Assembly: GCA_016748015.1 (NCBI GenBank)
Contig: JAAOMT010000776.1
Span: 555,496 to 619,495, forward strand
Origin: Geosiphon pyriformis uo1
Lineage: Eukaryota > Fungi > Glomeromycota
Direction of reading: 5' to 3'
DNA length: 64,000 nt
Shown: positions 54,240 to 64,000 of the stretch, piece after piece
Layout of the letters: each line of letters starts with the position of its first letter
Position numbering within the stretch: position 1 is the stretch's first letter
Made by a program: the position numbers and the translations under genes
Notes under the pieces: generated by a model
Database searches by the model: none
What the model was told of the DNA's origin: nothing
What the model saw: only the letters and a program-made list of their open reading frames with translations

Positions 54240-55094
54240 TGTTACAGATGATTATTTGGGATCTTAAATCAAATAACAAATCTGTAACTTGGTGCTCAAT
54301 ATCTTGACAATGCTAGTAATACTGGTACATTGGTTGTATCTGAAGGTTTTAGAGTTGAGTCTTTTGTATAATAGACAGAGATTCAATGACAATGTAGTTG
54401 GTTAGTAAGTTGTGTTCTCAATTTCTGTCTTCAGCTTGATGGCCAGTTTATTCTGACAGTCATGCTCTTTTGGTAAGCTATCCATTAATATATATATAAT
54501 TTTATTCTTTTTTCTGGGTTTTTTACCAGGCTATCTGTGACATTAATTACTCAGCGCTTTAATCCTTAATCAGTTAGTATACGATAGTAAAAATCAAAGA
54601 AAAAAAGAAATAAAAGAAAATAAAGAAAGGAGCCAAAGCAATGTGCACGTTAGTATCTCATCAATAGCCATAATCAAGAGCTATTGTTCCAGCATGGTTA
54701 AGTATCAATTACTATCAACATAAAGTGTTGATAGTGGAGAGTAAATTTGGATAGTGAATGATTTATTTATTTAATATTTGTGGATAAAAGATTTCTAACT
54801 TAAGAATTCTCCCTTTTTCTACTTCTAATACTACCACTATATATACATAATTGATGTTCTATGAGATCACTCATATTCCCAAGTGATGTGCTATGATTTT
54901 TTGAGCAATGTGTTCTAATCGTTCCATATTGCTGAACAATATGCTGTGTTTTCTGATATTGCTTCACATTGCTGAGCAATGTGCTGTGATTTCTATAATT
55001 GCTCTATATTGCTGAGCAATGTGTTTATGTGCTACATACTATTTACTCATTGGTCTACTATTCTCTATATCTGTTTTTCTTTTTATGAGTAACA
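54240..55094 (-). repeat. G3 5' LTR (855 bp)
   Basis: TGTTAC...GAGTAACA. Confidence 0.93.
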
Positions 55095-57132
55095 CCAGAT
55101 GTAAATACTTGTATACTATCAAACTTGTTCATAATCTATGGCTCAATACTAGACTTTAATTTTGTTTCTATGATTATTGAAATCATATTACTAGATTCCA
55201 TGTGCCAATGCACAATATCTTTCTGCTTAGTTGGCACATTGATGTCACAAACATTGCATATAGCAATTTTCCAAACCAAATCACTCATTGGAAAAAAAAA
55301 GCACCTGAAAACTTGATTTAGTACACAACTGATCTAATTTTGCCATAATCAAACCAACAAATGCTTCAAGAGCCACCAACTTAGACTTTAAACAGCTTAT
55401 CTTAATAAACAACACTTTTGAACTACTTGGACCCAGAACTGAGACATCAGAAACAATAAAGAAAGGAAGCAGAAGCACTGACATGGGGCCATCCAAAATT
55501 ATAATTGAACTCAAATCTAAATTAGCAGCTATTAAAGTATTCAAGACATAAGAAAAAAAAAGGGAGCCAGAAGCACCAATTCTAAATTGCTGAACTTGTG
55601 CACAATACCAAAAATCTGATTTATTAAAAGTTTCAAGAAGTATTTTAAAAAGGCCAAGCAAATATTCAAGAATGAGTTATCAACAGAGATGGAAAAAAGA
55701 ATATTATCCAAACTTAAAACACCAGAAAAAGAAAAACCAAGATTAAAACTGAAATAAGTACTACCAGAAAAGCCAGTAAGTGAGACCACTTGGGCCCAAG
55801 ATTTGTCACCAAAAGCAACAAAGTGAGAGATTGGAACACTTTTTTTTTTATACAACTTGGTAAGCCAAAAACAAAATTTTTTAGAAGCAACTTTTTGATA
55901 AGATTTTTTTGACAATGACAGTACAGACACACCTAATATACCACATTTAAAAGCTAAATGTCCAAAATGCCCATATTTCTCACAATAAACCAAATTTATC
56001 CTAGCCCAAAAGAGCTTTACTCTATTGAAAATCAGCTCTGTGTAAAAAACAAATTCCAAATTCTCATCAAAGTCAAAGCCAATCACAGCACAGCAAATCC
56101 TATTACCAGTTTCTATAAATCTATTTATGATACAAGTTTTCTTACCAGCTCCTTCCAAAAAAGTTCCAAGATCATGTGCTATTGTTCTTATCAACAAGAT
56201 AAACAGAAGTGCTCTGAACTGATCCTTAAATGTCCAAATCTTATAATCTTTTATAGTTTTAACTATACACACAGAATTTTTTCTGGTTAAGAATGACTAT
56301 TTTGATACCAACTGATCAGCTTGATTTAATTCAACAAACTCCACCACAGTTTTTTGTCACATTCTAATTAATTGAATCTTAATTAACTTAATATTCTCAA
56401 ATTTGGAAACTGTGACAATAATCATATTATAAGTGTATTTATAGAAAATTTTTTGATTATCACAGCCTAATTTGACTTCATTCCTTGTTTTCTAAGATCA
56501 CTATTTACATTGATTTTTTTTTTCTTGTCAATGAAATGGCTATTTCTATGCTTTTTTTTAAAGTAAAGGTAGATCAAATAATTTTTTCAAAATTTAAAGA
56601 AGTACTGGTCCCCCCAAAACCATTGACAACTGAAAAAATTTCTCTAACAAACTGAGTTTTTGCTATTGCTAATTTCTTTTCTACAGCTGAAAGATTAATA
56701 TCCAAAGTAAAAAATTTCTTAATAGACATTTTAATATGAGTTTTTACCACTTTGGGATTAATCCACCTTTTGTTAAGAGAGATATTGAGAGAAGAAGAGA
56801 GATAAACCATATCCTCATCTATTTCAAAGTCAATAGTACCAACAAAAAAACCACCAATTAAATTAATACTAACTCTCTTAACTTTGGGAGTTATTGTAAT
56901 CAAACTGAAAAAAAAACTACTATTTAAACCCATTGCAGCACCACCAAGCTTATTGTCATTAAACTTACTGTCCATATTCGAATACATATCATCATTGACA
57001 TCAGGTTTGGTCAAAGAAATTTCTTTTTTATCACCAAAGTGCTTAATATTGCCAACAGAAATTTTTTTTTTTTGAGAGAAAGTACTACCAACAGAATTAT
57101 AAAGAGCATCTTTAAGAGCCTTTTTCTTAAAC
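55095..57132 (-). pseudogene. LINE-B ORF1 and start of ORF2
   Basis: CEKYGHFGHLAFKC knuckle and KSWAQVV. ORF2 starts MSDLVWKIAICNV at 55288. Confidence 0.85.
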
Positions 57133-57615
57133 ATACTGCTATTTAAAACAGCCTCCAAGTTTACTACAAAAGAGTTATTAACTTGAAAAATGTTGAAGAT
57201 AATGAAATAAGTAAGACAAAAAACAAAAACTTCTTTTTTAAAAAATTGCTCTTTGGGAAATTTGGACAAAGAAGAGAAAGAAGTTTTTTTTTATTTTTTT
57301 ATTTGACAATATTATTTATATTAAGTATATAATTAATTAATAATATTAATAGTCTTGTTAATTTTTATTTTGGTAATAATGCTATTAAACAGCCAAAACT
57401 TTTTGGTTTTAAAATTATTCAAAAAAATTGTTTTTACAATTATCTTTATAAATAAAAAGATTTTTAAAGTAATAATATTCTTAAAAACTATAAAAAAAAT
57501 AATTATCATAAAAACAGAAGTTTCTTTAATTCACTAAAATAAATAGTTTTTAAGATATTTAAAAGTAAACAAATAATTAATTGGTTAGACCTTAAAATAA
57601 AATACGAAATTATTA

Positions 57616-59700
57616 TAGTCAGACCTCTATAAAAGAACACAATTGGAACATGCAAATTATGTTCCATTTTAGAGATGTTCTATTATAGAGTTTTATAATT
57701 ATTATCAAATAAACTATATTTATTTATTAAATCAATTAATTATTATTATTATTATTAAAATATTGATTAATTGTTACCTGTTTTTTAGAATTTTCTTCAT
57801 TTTTTTGTATTCATATAATTTTTTTCTAAGTAAATTTTGTTTTCTATACTAAAATTTTCTTCTGTTAATTGCTCTTTAAATCTAATTACCTTTTTTAATG
57901 GTTCATATGCTTCTGTAATTGTAATTATAGCAGGTGGAAATTTTTCTAATTCTTTTTTATTGGTTTCAATTTGAGCATCGGCTAAAACCATATTTACAAT
58001 ATCATTATCATCAAGAATATTTTCAGTTGCCAATAATTCATCAACTGCTACAGTATAATCTTCGAGATTTTTGACCAATTGTTGTGCATTTGATGGTAAA
58101 TTGTTGAATATATCCATAGCAATTGATGTTTCGGATTCTTGAATTTCTAATTCTTGATTTTAGAAAAGAATATCCGTTTTTTGTCAACAGTTTTGAATTG
58201 TAACAGGTGTTACTTGAAACCATGATTGAACAACATAATCAATTGCTTGTTTTATGTTTAATTTATTTCTAAAAAATAAATTAATATTAGATAAAATTAT
58301 ATAATATATAATGATAATAATACTGTATATATTATATTACTTAACTGTCAATATTAATTTTTTGTTCAAATTGATGTAAAATATGTTGACAATATAAGTG
58401 CTTATATTTGCCTTTAAAAGATTTGATAATGCCAGCATCCATTGGTTGAAGATGTGATGTAGTATTTGGAGGAAAATAGTNNNNNNNNNNNNNNNNNNNN
58501 NNNNNNNNNNNNNNNNNNNNNNNNNNNNNNNNNNNNNNNNNNNNNNNNNNNNNNNNNNNNNNNNNNNNNNNNNNNNNNNNNNNNNNNNNNNNNNNNNNNN
58601 NNNNNNNNNNNNNNNNNNNNNNNNNNNNNNNNNNNNNNNNNNNNNNNNNNNNNNNNNNNNNNNNNNNNNNNNNNNNNNNNNNNNNNNNNNNNNNNNNNNN
58701 NNNNNNNNNNNNNNNNNNNNNNNNNNNNNNNNNNNNNNNNNNNNNNNNNNNNNNNNNNNNNNNNNNNNNNNNNNNNNNNNNNNNNNNNNNNNNNNNNNNN
58801 NNNNNNNNNNNNNNNNNNNNNNNNNNNNNNNNNNNNNNNNNNNNNNNNNNNNNNNNNNNNNNNNNNNNNNNNNNNNNNNNNNNNNNNNNNNNNNNNNNNN
58901 NNNNNNNNNNNNNNNNNNNNNNNNNNNNNNNNNNNNNNNNNNNNNNNNNNNNNNNNNNNNNNNNNNNNNNNNNNNNNNNNNNNNNNNNNNNNNNNNNNNN
59001 NNNNNNNNNNNNNNNNNNNNNNNNNNNNNNNNNNNNNNNNNNNNNNNNNNNNNNNNNNNNNNNNNNNNNNNNNNNNNNNNNNNNNNNNNNNNNNNNNNNN
59101 NNNNNNNNNNNNNNNNNNNNNNNNNNNNNNNNNNNNNNNNNNNNNNNNNNNNNNNNNNNNNNNNNNNTGGCTGCAGTTACTTGTTCTACCCAATAACTTA
59201 AAGCTTGGTCTAATAATAGAAATTTAACGCTTTTGTGTCGAATAGATCTTTCTGAGATTTCATCAATTTCAATATTCAACCACTTTGTATGCTCTTTGAT
59301 TATCTTGGAGACAGTTGGACGAGAAATATGAAGTTCTGAATATTTATTATTGAAGTAAGCTACAATATCATCATGTTTCGTGCCATAGTAATTTTTGGAA
59401 TATTGACAAATTTCTTTACGAAGAGCATCATTAACTGCTGCTCGTTTTTGTTTTTTGAATAAAGGTTCTGACATTGCAAGTCTAACTCTTCCCAATTACC
59501 AATTAACATCTAGCACGTGATATTTGTTCTTATATGAAGGTAAATTTCGAATAAACGTTTAATAAAATTATGTTCTTGTTCCTTTATAGATTGTTCTTAT
59601 ATAAAGGGAAAATTGTTAATTAATCAATTGCTTCTATAAAAAAATGTTCTTTGTAAGAGGTTGTTCTTTTATTGAGGGTTCTTTTATGGAGGTCTGACTG
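57616..59700 (-). mobile_element. pogo/Tigger-type (CENP-B-related DDE) DNA transposon
   Basis: 23-bp TIRs (C/T)AGTCAGACCTC(C/T)ATAAAAGAAC with TA flanks (57614-57615 and 59701-59702). Transposase has an N-terminal HTH (LRKEICQY...ISRPTVSKII) and FPPNTTSHLQPMDAGII. Confidence 0.92.
58481..59167. other. assembly gap (N run)
   Basis: Run of n inside the pogo transposase. Confidence 1.
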
Positions 59701-60064
59701 TATATATAAATTTTTATTATAGCATAAAATATTCATTATACTTAATATTCACTATTATATTGAATTTATTCTAAAAGTGAAATAAATACTCCCGGGTGCC
59801 TGGTGACGATTAGAAAGCGCGTGGGCTGCTCCTACCATGTAATATTCTCTGTTATGTAGTGTAGGTCGTAGCTGGATCACACTTGTTAGTAATAAATACT
59901 CAAATGTTTGGTCTGTTCCCGCAACCTATTGATCTTTAGGAAAGTGTGTGTTTCCAGTCCGATCTACTTGTACCGACAGATTGAATAACATATAATAAAT
60001 AAGCAAGAGTAAACTTCTTTTTTTTTAAAAAAAATAACTATACAATCTTACCCATGGCCTACGG

Positions 60065-62511
60065 TTACTTCTTATCTTTAATACCAGCGGGATATGTATT
60101 ATATTTGTTAGCCCCTTTTAATTGACTCTTCTCTTTCGAGGGATTACTAGCATCGGATTTATCTTCCTTTAAAGGTGATATAACTTCTGTTTCACCAGAT
60201 AATTTTTTTGGGCTTTCAATAATGTCGCTTTTGAAATGGTCATCGTTGTTTGTAGTCGATATATTCTCTGGTACATCAATACTCTTGCTCAGGTTTGAAA
60301 TGTTGTCTGAAACGTTGTCAATGGTGAGATTCTTTTGAAAGTCCTTGTCGTCGATTGTATTCGGTTGTTCATTATTATTACCAGAAAGCGAATAGTCATC
60401 AGTGATTTGTTCTGAAGGAATTGTCAAATCCTCTTCCAACTCAGTAGGTTCGTGAAGAGCTCCATAGCCGGAGTATTGTTTTGGCGGTTTTTCATCCACA
60501 GTCATGATTGGACCAATTCCCTTTTCTACTCTATCAGCAATCCATTCATACCACTGTTTTTCAGTCTTGCCATGAAGGAACCCAACAATAATAACTGTCA
60601 TGTTATCACAACCGATCCCACCAAGCTCACTATCATTAGCAAGACAATGGTCCATCAGATTTTCACAGGCAACTTTAAGATTATTGCGTTCTCCAATCTC
60701 TTTGCGTATGAAGCTGATAACATTTTGTGACGAAAGACAATCCCAAATCCCTAAAAAGTAGTAATAGAGAAACGAGATTATAATACCAAGTTCAAATGAA
60801 AAATAAAGTTGAATTTGTGGCATTCCCAAATGAAGATTGGGTTTCTACTTGGGGAAATTGGCCAGTATGCTTGTATAACTGCGGAAGAGGATCATGCATA
60901 AAATGCCGATCCTATTTAGCAATTGCCCAAAAATCAATTTTAAGTCTTCAAAAGTCCAATCAAGCCATAAAAATCACTTGCAAGAACTCGGGTGAATGTC
61001 TCCGAAAAATTCAAAAAAGTTTCATTATGTTCAATTGGGAATGCCCTAGGTTATCAGCATAGCCAAATTCGATGGTTAATATCGAAATTTTTGTTACCAT
61101 CGCATGCTAGAACCAAGAATTCAGTGTCGTTATTTAAAGTAAACTCCTTAATCTCGGGTAGAGCTAAAGAAAGCCAAGTCAATAGGTTTCATATTAATTC
61201 ATAGCCAACTTTGAACCCAAAATAAGTTAAATTTGAGTATATAAACCTGTTACTATCTGTTCTTCGGCTGGTAAATTAGTGTTTTGTTTGAATTCGAAAT
61301 CTCCGACAGCTCGCGAGAGAGCCAAATTTCCTGAGAAAGGCATTGTTTTAGAAAAAATACTAAATACTTAAATCCATCCTTTATTTCTTTGAAATATTTA
61401 CCATTGACGCGGCCAAATTCAACAAACCCACCAGCCTTTCTGATCCGAGTTGATTCCTCTGAAGCCGAAGAAAAATTAATTCAGCCACATAAATCATTGC
61501 AGTCTTTATAAAACTGAATAAAAACCTTTGTTGACTGGTTTGTGATCTTTCGACATCTCTTGGGCCTCACCCTTCACACTAAGAACAGCACGCGAATCAC
61601 CCGCATTACCCTGTTATTGATTCAATCGTTAGACCTGTTATTAAGCAAACTACGAGATTTATATTTGTATGATGATATATCCATACCACAATGATTTTTT
61701 GATCGGGAGTTATAAGAGCTATGACTGCTGTACATCCTGATGGATCACTAGCGTATTGAGGATCTAGAATAAGCAAATTTCAATATAATTTATAATTGTA
61801 CCATATTTTTAAGTGCAAAAGAACATTTAATTTTTTGGTATACCCTTTTTCAAGTCTTCATCAGTGCCAAGGAAGCCATTTATTATTGCTTTGTGAAAAT
61901 TCCCTTTAGAAAAAGCCTCGTCTTTTGCAATTCGTTCATGAAGATGTGTACCACTATATTTGGCGACATTTGGACCTGGAAGAAAGAAATTTTACCCAAG
62001 AAATTTCGGCAATTTTTTCTTGGAACTTGGATTAAAGCAGATCAATCAAGTCAATGAAATAAAAATTTTTCTTTACCCCCATGACCATCATATACAGCGA
62101 AAAAGCTATAGCCTTGATGTCCAGCCAATTCAAGCAAAGTTGTATGGGCATCCTCCATACCTATCGTCAATTAATATTGGTTAAGGATCAAAGTAGCACA
62201 GAATATATATCTTTTGATTTATTACCATAATCTTGCACAAGAACAATCGCTCAAGGTAGATACAGTCAATAACATTAGTAAATTATATTTGCAAGTTTAC
62301 TGAGAATAAGAACGGCCAAATGTGAAGACTCCTTTATTTCATTGTACAATTTAATCAAATCGAATTTAAATTGAGAACAACTTTTGTTTGATATCTGATA
62401 AAGGATACTTATACGCCAACCTTGCATTGCCGAAGCAGCATATATAACACGTTGATCGCCTTCAGACGAACTTTGCTTCTCTTTTATCGGTTCAGATAGT
62501 GTTTGACCCAT
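60065..62511 (-). CDS. PTC2: protein phosphatase 2C, Ptc2/Ptc3-like, 457 aa; exons 62511-62409, 62160-62077, 61975-61844, 61763-61687, 61610-61526, 61458-61402, 61330-61247, 61163-61098, 60750-60065
   Basis: All introns are GT-AG and the exons sum to 1374 nt in frame. Motifs [64 protein letters not shown] and GCDNMT; acidic C-terminal tail. A likely 5' UTR intron lies at 62594-62524. Confidence 0.95.
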
Positions 62512-63090
62512 TTTTACTTCGAACTGTAATATAAAGATCACACAACCAAGTCAAGAGAGTATAACACACGTTCTAAAAAAAAAGGAAATCTTACAGAGTT
62601 ACAAAGAGGTCAAATATGGGGACAAAGACAAAAGGATTCGTTTTTTATCGGAGAATGCGGCGATGACGTCCTGAATTCAGTTTTTTGTAACCAAACAAAA
62701 ACTTGCAGTCAATCACATTTAAACCTGGATCTTAAATATATTTTAGAAAAACTTTTTTCTTTGTCTTGTAAATTCTATGTTTACAAAATTTTATAAAAGC
62801 ATATTTCCTATGTTTAAGAAAATAAAGCTTTAATAAAAATAATTAATTAATTTAAATAACAAAAATAATAACATATTTATTAATTTTATCTAATTTAGAA
62901 TTTTAAATAAATTAAGTTAATTTGTGTTAATTTTTAATTTAATAATTTATTTATGTTTTTATACAATAATAATAGCTTAAAAAAATAAAAAATAGTAAAA
63001 AATTCAAAATCAAAAAATCAAAAAAATCAATTAAAATTTTAAAATTTAAAATTTATTAAATAATATGTTTTAATTCAAGTTAATATAAGT

Positions 63091-64000
63091 AAAAACTTCT
63101 TTTTCTTCTATGTTTAAAATTCTCTAAAGAATAATTTTTTTGTAGTAAATTTGAAAGCTGTTTCAAATAACAATATGTCCAAGAAAAAAGCACTTAAAAA
63201 AGTCTTTTATGGTCTTGTTAATAGTACTTTTTCTCAAAAAAAAAGAGTATCTGTAAATAATATTAAGTACTTTAATGATAAAAAAAAATTTTTTTGGTCA
63301 AATCTGATTTTGGCAATAATATATATTTAGATATAGACAATAAATTAAGTGATAGTAAAATTAGTAATGTCTTAATAAGTACTATTAGTAGTTTTTTTTT
63401 GGCTTAACTGTAACAACTTCTAAAGTTAAAAGATTTAATACCAGCTTAAATTGTGGTTTTCTTATTAATACACTTAATTATGAAATAAATAAAAATAAAA
63501 AATCTTTTTTTTTTCTTTTAATATCTCTTTAAAAAAAAAGTGGATAGATTCCAAGATTGTAAAAATTCAAATAAAAGTATCTGTTAGAACATTTTTTGCT
63601 TTAAATATCAATCTTTTAGCTATTAAAAAAAAGTCAATAATAGTAAAAACTTAGGTAATTAAGAAACTTTTTTCAATAATCAATAGTTTTAAGAAGATTA
63701 TTAGATCAATATTTGTTTTAAAAAAAATATGAATAAGACTGTATTATTGGCTAAAAAAAAATTAATCAAAGTAAACAATAATCTAAAAAAACAAGGAATG
63801 TATTTAGATCAAATTGTGATAATCAAAAAAATTTTCATGAATATACTAAAAAAAATAATCATTGTTATAATATCTAAGTTTGGTCAAATTGTATTAATTT
63901 ATTTATAACTAATTAAATTGTGACAAAAAACTGTAATAGAATTTGCCAAATCAAGTTAAGCTAATTTGTTAGCATCAAAATAGTTATTTTTAATTAGAAA
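63091..64000 (+). mobile_element. LINE-C 5' end and ORF1 remnant (LINE-B family), runs off the window
   Basis: Leader AAAAACTTCTTTT; VVNLKAVSNNNMSKKKALK...TFSQKKRVSV and KWIDSKIVK...FFALNINL match LINE-B ORF1. Confidence 0.85.

Larger units (their letters stand above)
45105..55094 (-). mobile_element. Ty3/gypsy element G3 with dUTPase (full length, degenerate)
   Basis: LTR pair, TSD CCAG (45101-45104 and 55095-55098), PBS 54220-54237 (TGGTGCTTCCTGTGAGGT), PPT about 45918-45933. Confidence 0.95.
30663..57290 (-). mobile_element. LINE-B (LINE-A relative), full length, split by G2 (3' UTR) and G3 (endonuclease); own sequence 30663-30690, 40552-45104 and 55095-57290
   Basis: Removing G3 restores IQVFTSG|LNKSFLGAG. 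The 5' leader matches LINE-A. Possible low-complexity TSD TTTTTTTATTTTTTTATTT at about 30663 and 57286. Confidence 0.88.

Noticed and set aside
57170-57240. Segment of the LINE-B leader missing in LINE-C, considered as a spliced intron
   Set aside because: The deletion ends fall in T-runs rather than at GT/AG, so a microhomology deletion is more likely.
58341-59495. Long ORFs (384, 259 and 253 aa) in the ORF track
   Set aside because: Their lengths are artefacts of the N gap; only the flanks of the 384-aa frame are real transposase.
59799-59820. Hammerhead-like CTGGTGA...GAAA
   Set aside because: The core deviates from CUGANGA, and there is no adequate stem II or stem III.
60750-60829. N-terminus of the 254-aa ORF (MGMPQIQL...) as a separate gene
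   Set aside because: It is open intron sequence upstream of the last PP2C exon, which starts at 60750.

Overview
Very AT-rich eukaryotic DNA with short GT-AG introns. The element families suggest a Glomeromycotina/Mucoromycota-type fungus (inference only). About 57 kb is a nested, mutationally eroded transposon cluster. It holds four full-length Ty3/gypsy LTR retrotransposons, each with paired LTRs, a PBS, a PPT and a 4-bp TSD: G1 4615-12326 (-), G4 13901-28693 (+), G2 30691-40551 (-) and G3 45105-55094 (-). It also holds two full-length RNase H-bearing LINEs: LINE-A sits inside G4, and LINE-B is split by G2 and G3. An IS630/Tc1-like DDE transposon is split by G1, and there is a pogo/Tigger element with TIRs. 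The window ends with an intact PP2C (Ptc2/Ptc3-like) gene with 9 coding exons, followed by the 5' end of a third LINE. The most interesting signal is that all four gypsy elements carry a homologous extra ORF of about 220-235 aa between integrase and the 3' LTR, and the LTR U3 regions carry family-specific tandem arrays, near-palindromic in G1-G3. This resembles a complex-retrovirus transactivator/response-element pair (hypothesis). Three elements also carry a large Cys-rich domain plus dUTPase between protease and RT. LTR pairs differ almost only by C>T/G>A transitions, many outside CpG (RIP-like).
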